From the IMG/VR virus record IMGVR_UViG_3300018478_000073: a stretch of 64,000 nt of DNA. The stretch is one strand, 5' to 3'. The notes below the pieces were generated by a model. It saw only the letters and a program-made list of their open reading frames with translations. It was not told where the DNA came from and ran no database searches. Every line of letters begins with the position of its first letter. Within the stretch, counting starts at the first letter, position 1. The DNA comes from an uncultured virus (IMG/VR IMGVR_UViG_3300018478_000073) (taxonomy: Duplodnaviria; Heunggongvirae; Uroviricota; Caudoviricetes). The position numbers and the translations under genes were made by a program. Shown in pieces: positions 18,849-28,808 of this stretch.

Positions 18849-19771
18849 GTATTGCAGTAGAGGATGATTTTCCAGTTATAGAAGAGGTAAAAATTGAGTT
18901 ACCAACAGTAGAGAAGTTATTGGGGGTATTAGGTTCTGGCGTAGGTCTTGATATTGCAAAGAATCATACTGGTGTATGTTTGTTTGAGAATGGTAAGGTA
19001 GAAAGGTATGGTTTGGACCTAGATACCTATGATAATACAGATTTTCACGCACTTTTCAATATGAGGTTATCACTAAAAAGAAAGCTGTCTGAAATACTCA
19101 GAGGAAAGGAACTGAATTATTGCATCATAGAGGATGTATACGGTGGGGAGAACTTTGACACTGTGCAGAAGCTAGTTACTTTAAACACAGTAATAGACGA
19201 GTTAATCTACGAGGGGGTAGTTAAAGTAGATAATTTTTATCGTTGGGCTGAGGCAAAGTGGATGAAGTGGCTTAGAAAGGTGTCTGGAGAGAGGCACTTA
19301 TTAAAAGCAAAGTACGAGACACAGACATTGCTTGAAGAATTACAGGATAGCTTTTATATTAAAAATTGCAATGCAAGTAATCGCATCAAGAAAGAAATTT
19401 TCTTTGAAGATATCTGTGATGCAACTGGTATGCTATGTGCTTTAGCAGTATATGTAAGTAATGGTAGTGAAGAGGATGAGTCATACAGAAAGCTGTCCAT
19501 AAAAGACATTAAGATGTTTTATTTAGACGCTGCATGTGATGACTTGTATATAGATGATGAGAAAGCAATGAGTACAAGCTGGACTGTAGTACCAGATAAC
19601 TATAGGGTACTGGATAAGTTTATAATTGATACAGCTTTATCTAATCCAGATAAGGTCTTAGCTATGGATTTGCCAGTATCTAGGTTAGGTACTTTTGGTA
19701 TTGAGAATAGGTTTAAATTTTATCCCAGTGGCAAGGGGGTATTAGTTTGGTACTTAAGCAGGAGGAGTTAA
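18839..19771 (+). CDS. RuvC-like Holliday junction resolvase with C-terminal extension
   Basis: GLDIAKNHTG, IIED, DICDA acidic motifs. Confidence 0.7.
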   Translation: MELGIAVEDDFPVIEEVKIELPTVEKLLGVLGSGVGLDIAKNHTGVCLFENGKVERYGLDLDTYDNTDFHALFNMRLSLKRKLSEILRGKELNYCIIEDVYGGENFDTVQKLVTLNTVIDELIYEGVVKVDNFYRWAEAKWMKWLRKVSGERHLLKAKYETQTLLEELQDSFYIKNCNASNRIKKEIFFEDICDATGMLCALAVYVSNGSEEDESYRKLSIKDIKMFYLDAACDDLYIDDEKAMSTSWTVVPDNYRVLDKFIIDTALSNPDKVLAMDLPVSRLGTFGIENRFKFYPSGKGVLVWYLSRRS

Positions 19772-19772
19772 T

Positions 19773-20024
19773 ATGGTAACAAGACAGCAAGTAGTGTCAG
19801 AGATACAAAATGGTCTACAGATGAGAAGAATGCCAGTAACAAGGGTAGTTACTATAGATGAGGTATTACCTAGTATTAAACATGCTTGTGTTAATACTGG
19901 AGTCACATGTTTACAGCAGAATACTTTCAACGTTCCATTAGACGGAGGGGGTATGATTCCTTTTCCATATTATTATTGTAATCAATGTGGTACATTATAT
20001 GTGTACAGTAGATTATATGATTAG
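19773..20024 (+). CDS. Small Cys-containing (Zn-ribbon-like) protein
   Basis: AGGAGG RBS; YCNQCG. Confidence 0.65.
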   Translation: MVTRQQVVSEIQNGLQMRRMPVTRVVTIDEVLPSIKHACVNTGVTCLQQNTFNVPLDGGGMIPFPYYYCNQCGTLYVYSRLYD

Positions 20025-20040
20025 GAGGGGTATAAATTTT

Positions 20041-20694
20041 ATGTTGAATGTAAGTAAGAAAGTTAGCTTCGAGACTCATAATGACAAAGTTGTAGCACTA
20101 AAGATTGAACATGACGGAAATATGAGTGTAGAGAGACTGTTAGGTTATATTAATGATGTCGATATGGATTATCTAAGATACAGACCTGCAGAGTTACGAA
20201 GATTATGTATTAAGAAAGTAGAAATAATCAAGAAATTAGAGGAGGAGTGGTCAGGTGAGGTTGACTTACTACCTCAGCTTATACATCCAGATAGTTTCTT
20301 AAGGTTTTACGATACAGAGATATGTAACTGTCCACTAAGAGAGCATGGTATGCCTACAATACTGAGAGATGGGAAGTATAAGGTTGCGTATATCGGACAG
20401 GAAAGCAGTTCGATGGTATTAAATAGCCTAATGAGGGGGGTAGTAGACGAGTCCTCTCTTTTACCAACAAGAAAGTTACTTAATACATCTTTTTGCACAG
20501 GAGATTCAAGTGTTGCGCTAAGTTGGTTTTATGCTTGTGACGGCATATTGGTCATTGCAAGCAAAACAAATGCAAGAGCATTGCAAGCTATGGATACCCT
20601 TGAGAAATCACTTAAGACTGGTAATTTATTACTGTTAAACGATACTGATAAAAGTACAATGTACTTTGTCTTTAGTGATAACTTAAGGGGGTAA
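20041..20694 (+). CDS. Hypothetical protein
   Basis: AGGAGG RBS before ATG 20041. Confidence 0.7.
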   Translation: MLNVSKKVSFETHNDKVVALKIEHDGNMSVERLLGYINDVDMDYLRYRPAELRRLCIKKVEIIKKLEEEWSGEVDLLPQLIHPDSFLRFYDTEICNCPLREHGMPTILRDGKYKVAYIGQESSSMVLNSLMRGVVDESSLLPTRKLLNTSFCTGDSSVALSWFYACDGILVIASKTNARALQAMDTLEKSLKTGNLLLLNDTDKSTMYFVFSDNLRG

Positions 20695-20698
20695 ATAT

Positions 20699-22051
20699 AT
20701 GAATTTAAGTATTCAGATTGGTGATTTTCTAGGTTTTTGTGATTTAAATGGGGTTGACGCATTAACTTCAGAGCAGGTTGAGGAATTAGAGGGGTATGTA
20801 GCAAGGTGTCAGGAGTCTATGAATCAAGGAGAAGCACTAGTTGTAGATGCAATCTATGATAGGATGGTAGAGATTCTAAGACAGGTAAATCCAGATTCTG
20901 AGTTAATTACCCACATTTGGGAGGAAAGTACTGACTTCAATTTTGATGATACTGACTATTTATTTAAGAAGTATCCTATGTACTCAATCCAGACTGTAAA
21001 GTCATTTGATTGTAAGGAGTTAGATGACTTTGTAAAGAGATTACCAGATGGTAGCTTTGATGTTCACTTATCTTATAAGGAGAACGGGTTCGGTATCAGA
21101 CTTGTGTACTCAAATGGAGAGTTAGTAAAAGCTAGAACAAGGGCACGTTCTTCTAATGGTAGGGATATAACAGCTCAGTTAAAAGTGGTGTTAGGGGGTA
21201 AGACTCATATAGAGGATTTAGAGGCTTTTGACCTGTGTGAAATAAGAGGAGAACTTGTATTACCTTTTGAGAATTTTACACTAGCAAAGGAGTTTAATCC
21301 AAGTATCGTTTCACCATTCAGTGCGGTGTCCTCAATGTCAAGAGATTCAGCATCCGAGGAAGAGTGGGGGTTATTAAAGTTTGTAGGTTACACTTTTATT
21401 GCAGATGACTTTCATGTCGAAACAAAGGATATGATGTACAGATTTATTGAGGAGCTAGGTTTTGAGACACCAGTATCTTGGGTAATAGAGGACTTATCGA
21501 GAGATACATTTATGAATGACTTGCCAGGTATTGTATCTGATTGTGAAGATGAAGCAGAGGAGTATGACTACTATACAGACGGTTTAGTTCTTGAGTTAAA
21601 CGACAGAGAATTATTCAGACGCATGGGAGACAATGGTAGCAATTATAATTATGGTAATATTGCGCTAAAGGTAGGTTACTGGAGACAGGATGTGTATTAT
21701 GGCTATGTACAGACAATTCTCTGGACAAAGGGTAAAACAAAGTTAAGTCCAGTTGCTATTATTGCAGATGAGCCAGATATAATTGAGTTTGAAGATTATG
21801 GAGACCATATGTATATTGGAAGTATCAAAGAGGTTTCTAATTTGGATGAACTTGGCGTAGTTACAAGCGCAGGCAACAGGGTAAAGAGAGTTCCACTTTA
21901 CGAGCCAGCTAACTTGCTAATGTTAGATGCAACGAAGGGTAATGTGTTATACTTTAGGTATGGTGGTGAAGCAGGAGTTATACCTTGTTACTCTAATGGT
22001 ACTCCATTAGTCGAAGGTAGACTTCAGCAGGAGTTTGAAGACATATATTAG
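20699..22051 (+). CDS. ligA: NAD-dependent DNA ligase, N-terminal half (adenylation + OB domains only)
   Basis: DAIYD (domain Ia), PMYSI, adenylation YKENG, ARTR...GRDIT, EIRGE, DGLVLE, IALK, LSPVAI; ends without Zn finger/HhH/BRCT. Confidence 0.85.
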   Translation: MNLSIQIGDFLGFCDLNGVDALTSEQVEELEGYVARCQESMNQGEALVVDAIYDRMVEILRQVNPDSELITHIWEESTDFNFDDTDYLFKKYPMYSIQTVKSFDCKELDDFVKRLPDGSFDVHLSYKENGFGIRLVYSNGELVKARTRARSSNGRDITAQLKVVLGGKTHIEDLEAFDLCEIRGELVLPFENFTLAKEFNPSIVSPFSAVSSMSRDSASEEEWGLLKFVGYTFIADDFHVETKDMMYRFIEELGFETPVSWVIEDLSRDTFMNDLPGIVSDCEDEAEEYDYYTDGLVLELNDRELFRRMGDNGSNYNYGNIALKVGYWRQDVYYGYVQTILWTKGKTKLSPVAIIADEPDIIEFEDYGDHMYIGSIKEVSNLDELGVVTSAGNRVKRVPLYEPANLLMLDATKGNVLYFRYGGEAGVIPCYSNGTPLVEGRLQQEFEDIY

Positions 22052-22063
22052 GGGGTATGAGGT

Positions 22064-22570
22064 TTGTCGAGTAACATTAAAAATAAGGTTTATATTAAGT
22101 CAGTAAGACCGGTTGCTGAGAACTGGATGGCTTATTTTGTATCTGTTGTATCTGTAATTTTATTTGTATTACTAGTCTTTTCTCTATATGGAGGTATAGT
22201 TAGTAACTACATAATGTTATGTGTGTGCCTACTAGGTAGCCTAGTGTCTATTGGTACTTTGTTATATTTTAATAATAAATATACATGGACACTTGGAGCT
22301 ACATTAGGGAGAAGTAGAGATGGAATTGTATACGAGTATATGGAAATTATAGATATGATGGGTAAAAAGAAATGTACACACATTCTAAGAAAAGTAAGTA
22401 AGGTTCGTATTGGTAAACGTCACATTAAAGTTTACGGCAATATTGAATTTAAGGGTATAGTTGGTAAATCTAAAACTAAGAATAAGATTATCATATATGA
22501 CTACACACAAGAGTCAATAGATTTTCTAAAAGATAACTTACCAGAGTCTTGTTTCTCATCTAACAAATAA
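22064..22570 (+). CDS. Membrane protein (2 TM)
   Basis: Two hydrophobic segments; TTG start behind GAGG. Confidence 0.7.
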   Translation: MSSNIKNKVYIKSVRPVAENWMAYFVSVVSVILFVLLVFSLYGGIVSNYIMLCVCLLGSLVSIGTLLYFNNKYTWTLGATLGRSRDGIVYEYMEIIDMMGKKKCTHILRKVSKVRIGKRHIKVYGNIEFKGIVGKSKTKNKIIIYDYTQESIDFLKDNLPESCFSSNK

Positions 22571-22602
22571 ATACATTCAAATTTCTGTTTGTATTTTTAT
22601 AT

Positions 22603-22660
22603 AAAAGGTATGTATTTACTATGTTACAAGTTGATGGTAGTAGTTAATACATACCTTTTT
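22603..22660 (+). terminator. Long hairpin / terminator
   Basis: AAAAGGTATGTATT / AATACATACCTTTT 14-bp outer arms. Confidence 0.65.
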
Positions 22661-22863
22661 AATTAGGTTAAATAGAATTTATAATACCTTAATTAAGGTA
22701 TGAATATTAGCAGTATAATTACAAGAAATTTGCATTAAGGTTTTATCTAATGTTTTTAACGATTTAAAGGAGGTAGTATTTGTATATTTTTAGTTCAAAA
22801 TTATGAAATCAAGACAGTCTTATGGTGTGCAGTCAGTAAATGTAGTATATCGGGAGGTTATTA

Positions 22864-23115
22864 ATGTACAAGGGAAATGATTTATATGGTAGGTATGCAT
22901 GGGTATCTAATATATGCGAAAGAGTAAAGAAAGAGTTAGACATTGACTGTAGTTATGGTGCTAATATGTTACCATACTTACTCTGCTTCACTGAGGATGA
23001 AGAGGGGTTATTAAAGTACCTAGAAAGAACATATCCAGAGTATGATTTCAGTTTTTTCGGCAGGACAGATGATTCTTCGGCATGTATTATTGATATATTC
23101 TTAAAGGAGTGTTAA
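22864..23115 (+). CDS. Hypothetical protein
   Basis: GGAGG RBS. Confidence 0.65.
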   Translation: MYKGNDLYGRYAWVSNICERVKKELDIDCSYGANMLPYLLCFTEDEEGLLKYLERTYPEYDFSFFGRTDDSSACIIDIFLKEC

Positions 23116-23116
23116 T

Positions 23117-23362
23117 ATGTTATTAGTAAGAAAGATATCTTGTACAAAGTGTAAGTATAAAGGCAATGGAAATAAAGATGTGTTAGTATCGTGTGATTTC
23201 GAGAAGTGTAAGGTAAAGGATAATTATGCTGAAATAATCGATACAGATGACTCAGTAACAGAGACATACAGTATAGACGAATTAAAGGGTATACTGTCAG
23301 AGGTAACGTTGGATAATGCTGAGTTGGTTAATAACGTATTGTTAATAAGAAGGCACATATAA
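23117..23362 (+). CDS. Small 'DTDD'-family protein
   Basis: EIIDTDDSVTETYSIDELK closely matches 27027 ILDTDDNVIETYSLEEV. Confidence 0.7.
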   Translation: MLLVRKISCTKCKYKGNGNKDVLVSCDFEKCKVKDNYAEIIDTDDSVTETYSIDELKGILSEVTLDNAELVNNVLLIRRHI

Positions 23363-23469
23363 GGGGGTATGTCTGTAGTACATTAATTTTTGGGGTATTC
23401 ATTATTTACTATAATATATTTATATTATAAAAAGTATTTAGACGTGTGAATAAAAGGAGGTTCATTAAA

Positions 23470-24786
23470 GTGGATGAGAATTTAGCAAAAGAGTTCGACG
23501 AGGTATTTTTAGGTGATGAGGCAGCCAGTGCTGTTTTAAAGTTAACTTCATCTTCGTTCACGAGGAGTATTGAGCGTATTAAGGTATCCCAGATAGGTAC
23601 AACACATCCTGTAAAGCAAGGTAGACAGGACACAGCTTCAGGCTTAACATCAACAATAAAGGATTTGGGGGTAGTAACTCCAATTCATGTAATGACAGTA
23701 GATTCAGATTCAGAATCTGAGGACTACAAGTATGTTTTGCTAGACGGTTTACGAAGGTTATGGGGAGCATTAAAGAATGGTCAGACTGAGGTAGATGCTG
23801 TAGTATGGGATTTTGAGGACAAGGATAAAGGTATTGATTTTGCTTTAGTGATAACCCTAATACTTAATAGGGTACAGAAGCATACTTGGAAAGAGATTTG
23901 GGATTTATATCGTATACTTGAGATGCAACATCAGCTAACTCCAGGTACTTTAGAGTATTTGTTACAGTTAGAGGGTGGAGATGCAATGAAGTTAAAGGAT
24001 GTAATGCTCTGCGAGTACGAGGAGGTAAAACAGGCACTACTTAACAATGAGAAAAACCTAGAAGGTTGTTATAAAATGCTACAGAAGTTAAGAAAGGAAG
24101 AGGACAAGTTATACAAGGAAGATACAATGGGTATAACTGATGTAGTGGAAGAAGCAGAAGAGCTTGCAGGAAATAATCTTGAGGTTGAGTCCGGTCAGTT
24201 AACAGATGAGGACGTAAGAGAGTTGTTGGAAATGTCAAGTAACTTAGATGAGTTAGAGGATGTTGATGCAGATGACTTTGACTCGTTAAATACACCAGAT
24301 TCAGATTTTGTAGACCAACAAAAAGTAGGAGAGAGACACGCATTACCACCTGAGTTAAGAAATTCTGTATTACAAAGAGATGACTTTGTGTGTCAGTGTT
24401 GCGGTATTAAGATGATAGGGGCACGTGCAGGTCTAACAGCCGCACATCATATTCTTCCTGTTCATGTAGGTGGTAAGGATAAGATGGAAAATCTGGTGAC
24501 ATTATGTGTAGGTTGCCATATCACTCTTCATAACATGGAGAGGAATGGGGGTAGCATTATGATGTCAAAGGAAGACTTTGACGAGTTAAGTGAGGCAGAC
24601 CAGTTATCCTTAAAAAGGGCACTTAAGCTTGCAAGAGTAGCTATCGAGGCAGATAAGAGAAAGGGAATGAATAAAGAGGCAGTACGTAAAGCAACACAAG
24701 ATGCTATAAGACACCCAATGCCTGGCGTAGGTTTAAAAGAAACTCAGCAGTTATACGATAGCTATAAAAGAAGTAAGGAGGAATAG
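23470..24786 (+). CDS. ParB/Srx N-terminal domain fused to HNH endonuclease domain
   Basis: PIHV...LLDGLRR (ParB-N); RDDFVCQCCG...HHILP..VGG....NLVTLCVGCH (HNH); GTG start behind AGGAGG. Confidence 0.85.
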   Translation: MDENLAKEFDEVFLGDEAASAVLKLTSSSFTRSIERIKVSQIGTTHPVKQGRQDTASGLTSTIKDLGVVTPIHVMTVDSDSESEDYKYVLLDGLRRLWGALKNGQTEVDAVVWDFEDKDKGIDFALVITLILNRVQKHTWKEIWDLYRILEMQHQLTPGTLEYLLQLEGGDAMKLKDVMLCEYEEVKQALLNNEKNLEGCYKMLQKLRKEEDKLYKEDTMGITDVVEEAEELAGNNLEVESGQLTDEDVRELLEMSSNLDELEDVDADDFDSLNTPDSDFVDQQKVGERHALPPELRNSVLQRDDFVCQCCGIKMIGARAGLTAAHHILPVHVGGKDKMENLVTLCVGCHITLHNMERNGGSIMMSKEDFDELSEADQLSLKRALKLARVAIEADKRKGMNKEAVRKATQDAIRHPMPGVGLKETQQLYDSYKRSKEE

Positions 24787-24789
24787 GCG

Positions 24790-25350
24790 ATGTTTTACAT
24801 ACTAAACAAAACTGACAATAAATTCTTAGTTTTTGACACGGATGATTTAGTAGCTGAGAAGTTAACATATGAGCAACTGTGTGAGGCAGACAGACTTGGT
24901 TACAGGGTAGAGAATATGAGTGGAAGTGATGCAGGATTCAATCCAGATTTTAGTATTCTATGCAGTCGGTATTCTTGCAGACAGTTTGTTGTAGAGGAGA
25001 CAGAGAACACACTAAAGTTGTGGTACAAGGGGGTATTTTTTGGCGTAAAGATTCAAGAAGCACTAGGTCAGAAAAGGGTAACCGTAAATAGTAGTGTGAG
25101 ATACACTCCTGCTAGGATAGTAGGATTACAAAGGAGGGTATTTTACAGGAAAGGTTCTTTATTTATACTAGAGTTAGATGGTTTAGTAATGAAGTTTTAT
25201 GAGAATGGTATATGCAGATTTTACGAGGCTGAGAAGCGAAATGACGGAACAATCTATTATCCAGTAGCCCAGTATTACAAGCCAGTAGGGGGTATTGACA
25301 TGACAAGAACATATGCGGAGGAAAGGATGTTTTCAGCACGTGAGAGCTAG
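24790..25350 (+). CDS. 'DTDD'-family paralog
   Basis: MFYILNK...FLVFDTDDLVAEKL. Confidence 0.75.
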   Translation: MFYILNKTDNKFLVFDTDDLVAEKLTYEQLCEADRLGYRVENMSGSDAGFNPDFSILCSRYSCRQFVVEETENTLKLWYKGVFFGVKIQEALGQKRVTVNSSVRYTPARIVGLQRRVFYRKGSLFILELDGLVMKFYENGICRFYEAEKRNDGTIYYPVAQYYKPVGGIDMTRTYAEERMFSARES

Positions 25351-25534
25351 TGGTGCGTAACCTACTTAGAAAGTAAAGACTGGTAGTATGTACTGATTTA
25401 ATTGATTTAGTTATAGAGAAGTACCAATCACAAGATAAACTGACATATACTATATTTGATGTGTATAGTTTAGTAAAATAGCAAGTAAGCATAATGCTAC
25501 ATTACAAGATGGATTATTTTGGAGGGTTGAGGTT

Positions 25535-26164
25535 TTGTCGATAGTTATTTGTGATAAAGAGGATGATTTGTTATCTGTACTTGATACTGAAACATTTGAA
25601 TTAAGGGATGGATTGAAAAACGAAGATATTATTGAGTTAGTAAAGAGTGGTACAAAAGTAGAGGGTATAACAGATTTATATGGTAACATTATACCAGATG
25701 TGTTTTTAGAATTAGTAGGTAGTAAGAACCTTATACTACAGCAGTGCACACTTGAGGTACAGAAAGTATTAAGACGCGACTCGGTTTTGTCACTGTCAGA
25801 TTTTACTGCTATAGATATACCTGTTGAACTAGGATTTGATACATATTTTCACATAAGTGGGTATACCTACAGGGTTAAGGCGGTAGCGAACAGTAGTGAT
25901 ATCGGTGCAAATACGGTATTCAGCATAAACAATATGAATATAACAAAGTATCTGCAATACAGGAATATGGTTTTGAATTATTTCGGAGTAAAAGACAATG
26001 TGTTTTACATAAACTTAGGTGGAAACAGGATAAGTTTATATAGGGGGTATGCTAAGGTTGGAGCTATAACAAAACGTGTCGGAATAAAGGAGGATTATAG
26101 TGAGTATGAATCGAGGTATTTGAGAGCATGTGAGAGGGAGTACAAGTACTCAAATATTAAGTAA
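25535..26164 (+). CDS. 'DTDD'-family paralog
   Basis: LSVLDTETFE...IELVKSGTKVEGI. Confidence 0.7.
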   Translation: MSIVICDKEDDLLSVLDTETFELRDGLKNEDIIELVKSGTKVEGITDLYGNIIPDVFLELVGSKNLILQQCTLEVQKVLRRDSVLSLSDFTAIDIPVELGFDTYFHISGYTYRVKAVANSSDIGANTVFSINNMNITKYLQYRNMVLNYFGVKDNVFYINLGGNRISLYRGYAKVGAITKRVGIKEDYSEYESRYLRACEREYKYSNIK

Positions 26165-26178
26165 TATGACAAGTGGTA

Positions 26179-26204
26179 ATGGTAGTATATATATATACTA
26201 CCAT
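26179..26204. other. Perfect 26-bp palindrome
   Basis: ATGGTAGTATATA|TATATACTACCAT. Confidence 0.9.
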
Positions 26205-26212
26205 GTGATAAG

Positions 26213-26249
26213 CAGGGTTAATCGGTAAGCATTGATTAACCCTGTTTTT
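26213..26249 (+). terminator. Intrinsic terminator
   Basis: CAGGGTTAATC/GATTAACCCTG 11-bp stem + TTTTT. Confidence 0.85.
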
Positions 26250-26304
26250 GAGTTTTACATTGAGATATCCTATTTTTAAAAACTCACGAAGGGGGTATTT
26301 TAAG

Positions 26305-27030
26305 TTGATTTTGGTAGTTAATACAAAAGGTAAGGGGTTTGGAACAGATATTTCTATAGTAGACACAGACAAACTAACACAGAGTATAATATCCGTAAAA
26401 GAAATGGTATCGTTTATAAGAAACAGGGTATACTTTGATAATTTATACTTATGTCTAAAGAAAGCATCTTTTGATAAGTTAAAGTACTTATTAAAGGGAA
26501 GAGTTCATTTTGAAGTAGGGAGAACATACTTAGTACCAGTAAGGTATTTAAATAAATCATTTTTTAATTCTTGTGAGAGTGTAAGAGTATCAGATAAGAT
26601 GAGTACCGCCACTGTAGATAGTGCAACAACAGACTTAAGGTTTTACTATGACACAGAAATAGGGTTAGACTTAGGGTTATTTTTGCACGAGCAAGATAAT
26701 TATAAAGTAAGTACTCGGTATAATTCAGAAGGTAGGTATGAGTTAAAAGTAAATTGTTTTAATTATGAGCATAAGTTTGTTGTAGATAGTAAATATTTTA
26801 TTGTAAATGGAGAGGTATACGGTTGTGAGATACCGAAGTATGGGTGCTTCAAGGTAAAATATCTATACATAATGAAGAATGGGGGTATTCGTATAAGGCT
26901 TGACGCCTACAGGTATGACGGTGAGCACGACATATACAATTTATGTGCGGATGTATCGAGCAGTAGGGTAATTTACCCAAAAAGTGTAACTAATACATAT
27001 TATGGAGACGTGTACGCAAAGGAGGAATGA
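26305..27030 (+). CDS. 'DTDD'-family paralog
   Basis: LILVVN...ISIVDTDKL; TTG start behind GGGGGT. Confidence 0.7.
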   Translation: MILVVNTKGKGFGTDISIVDTDKLTQSIISVKEMVSFIRNRVYFDNLYLCLKKASFDKLKYLLKGRVHFEVGRTYLVPVRYLNKSFFNSCESVRVSDKMSTATVDSATTDLRFYYDTEIGLDLGLFLHEQDNYKVSTRYNSEGRYELKVNCFNYEHKFVVDSKYFIVNGEVYGCEIPKYGCFKVKYLYIMKNGGIRIRLDAYRYDGEHDIYNLCADVSSSRVIYPKSVTNTYYGDVYAKEE

Positions 27031-27737
27031 GAATGTTTTTAGTAGTAGGAGCTAATGGTAGGAATTTGGATATCCTAGATACAGATGATAATGTAATTGA
27101 AACATATAGTCTAGAGGAAGTTTCAGCAATACAAAGGTTAGGTGTTAAGATAGAGAATCTAAAGATTGATTTAAAAAGTACGTTAGACTTAAACGACAGT
27201 AATGCTAGGGCATTACTTGTTTATGGCTCAAAGGCAAAGGTAGAGCTAAATAGGAGTAATTTATTACCGATACCATTCGTAAGTTTTATTAGTAAAGGTG
27301 GTGATGATAAGTTCTACGAAGGTGACAGGTTAAGTTTTTTGGTGCATAATTTGGGAGACTGTCGATTCATACACATATTATACAATGGATATTATCACTA
27401 TGTAAGGACGGAGTGGTTTTTTGAGCACACTTTAAGGTGTAATGGTAGTGGTATTATGAAGGATGACTGTATTTTTAATTTAAGATGCATTGGTGTAAAA
27501 GATGATATACTACGAGTATGTTTTGATTTAACTGATGATGCAATAGAGATTTCTAAAGACGGTAAGTTGTTAGTTCATATCACAAAAACATTAGGTAATG
27601 TTACTAAGACCATAAATCGTGAGTTAAGTGGTGTTAAGATGGATAAGACGTACTTCAGAAAATGCACACTATTAAGTAATAAAGAAGAGTCCTTTGTAGA
27701 TTTTTGTACTTGTACATTGAAACTAAATAAAGTGTAA
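27027..27737 (+). CDS. 'DTDD'-family paralog
   Basis: MFLVVG...ILDTDDNVIETYS...LGVKIENL. Confidence 0.75.
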   Translation: MRMFLVVGANGRNLDILDTDDNVIETYSLEEVSAIQRLGVKIENLKIDLKSTLDLNDSNARALLVYGSKAKVELNRSNLLPIPFVSFISKGGDDKFYEGDRLSFLVHNLGDCRFIHILYNGYYHYVRTEWFFEHTLRCNGSGIMKDDCIFNLRCIGVKDDILRVCFDLTDDAIEISKDGKLLVHITKTLGNVTKTINRELSGVKMDKTYFRKCTLLSNKEESFVDFCTCTLKLNKV

Positions 27738-27752
27738 AGGAGGTCATAAATA

Positions 27753-28280
27753 ATGTATCAGTTTATTTGCTCACCTGTCGAAGGTGGTTATATAGTGGAT
27801 AATGAATCACTAGTTGTAAAGAGATTGAGAGCTATAGGTGCATTAGATGGTTTATTAGATAATGCTGTTGGTTATGATGTGACTTACGAGTCAATAGTCG
27901 CACCATTATTAAGAGATATGACTAATTTAAATGTTTTATTGTCTAATGGTGAGTATAAGATTTATAAGAGTTTTTACTCAGACTCATTTTGTTATTATAT
28001 AAATGGTGCAACAATAGTGGTATATCATAATGGTTACAGACATGAAGTAGTATACTTAGGTGATGGAAACTTCTTATTTAATGAAATACTTAAGGAGACA
28101 AATTACGAGCTTTCTATGATACGTTGCCTAGGAATTCTAGGTAATAATATTGTAGCAATTACATTCAAGGATATAGTATTTAGCATATCAGGTGAGTACT
28201 TAGAGTTTAGTGGTGATGTAGTAAGGGGTAGAAAAGTTTCGTCAGATTCAATAAGGAGAGAAATGCTATGTTGTATGTAA
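27753..28280 (+). CDS. 'DTDD'-family paralog (divergent)
   Basis: YIVDNESLVV; YHNGYRH like 27027 LYNGYYH; C-terminal IRREMLC. Confidence 0.7.
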   Translation: MYQFICSPVEGGYIVDNESLVVKRLRAIGALDGLLDNAVGYDVTYESIVAPLLRDMTNLNVLLSNGEYKIYKSFYSDSFCYYINGATIVVYHNGYRHEVVYLGDGNFLFNEILKETNYELSMIRCLGILGNNIVAITFKDIVFSISGEYLEFSGDVVRGRKVSSDSIRREMLCCM

Positions 28281-28792
28281 TAGGAAGATTAGGTAAAGGA
28301 AAACTAAAGGTGTATGATACAGATGATGGTGTTATTGAGAGAGTGTCACCATCTCTTTTAGCTGAGTATCTATCGAGAGGGGGTACTGTAAGAAACGTAA
28401 GATTAGGAAGAGCAGTCAAAAATGGTGATTTAGCATATACAGTTGATATAAAAGGTTCTAATGATTTTAGTTTTGTGATTGACAGCAAGTATTTCATCTC
28501 GTCCGCCTACTATAGTAATAAGGTGATAATGGATGGTTTAGGTGTATGCCTATCAGGAGCTACAGTTTTATTTTATTACAGAGGTACTTTGGTGAGTGTA
28601 TCTGATGTTAATGCTTCAGATTGCAGTTTCTATTTTACTAGTGAGTATTTCGTTATAGAGAGTAGGACTGGTAAGCTAAGGTTATACGGACTCAATGGAA
28701 CTATAGATAAAATAGATTCAGATGGAGATATCAAGTACAAGTTAAGTAACTGTAATAATGCTACATTCAAGCGTATTGCACTTTGTAGCTAA
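28268..28792 (+). CDS. 'DTDD'-family paralog
   Basis: KVYDTDDGVIERVS; C-terminal FKRIALC. Confidence 0.75.
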   Translation: MLYVIGRLGKGKLKVYDTDDGVIERVSPSLLAEYLSRGGTVRNVRLGRAVKNGDLAYTVDIKGSNDFSFVIDSKYFISSAYYSNKVIMDGLGVCLSGATVLFYYRGTLVSVSDVNASDCSFYFTSEYFVIESRTGKLRLYGLNGTIDKIDSDGDIKYKLSNCNNATFKRIALCS

Positions 28793-28808
28793 TTGAGGGG
28801 GTATTTAT

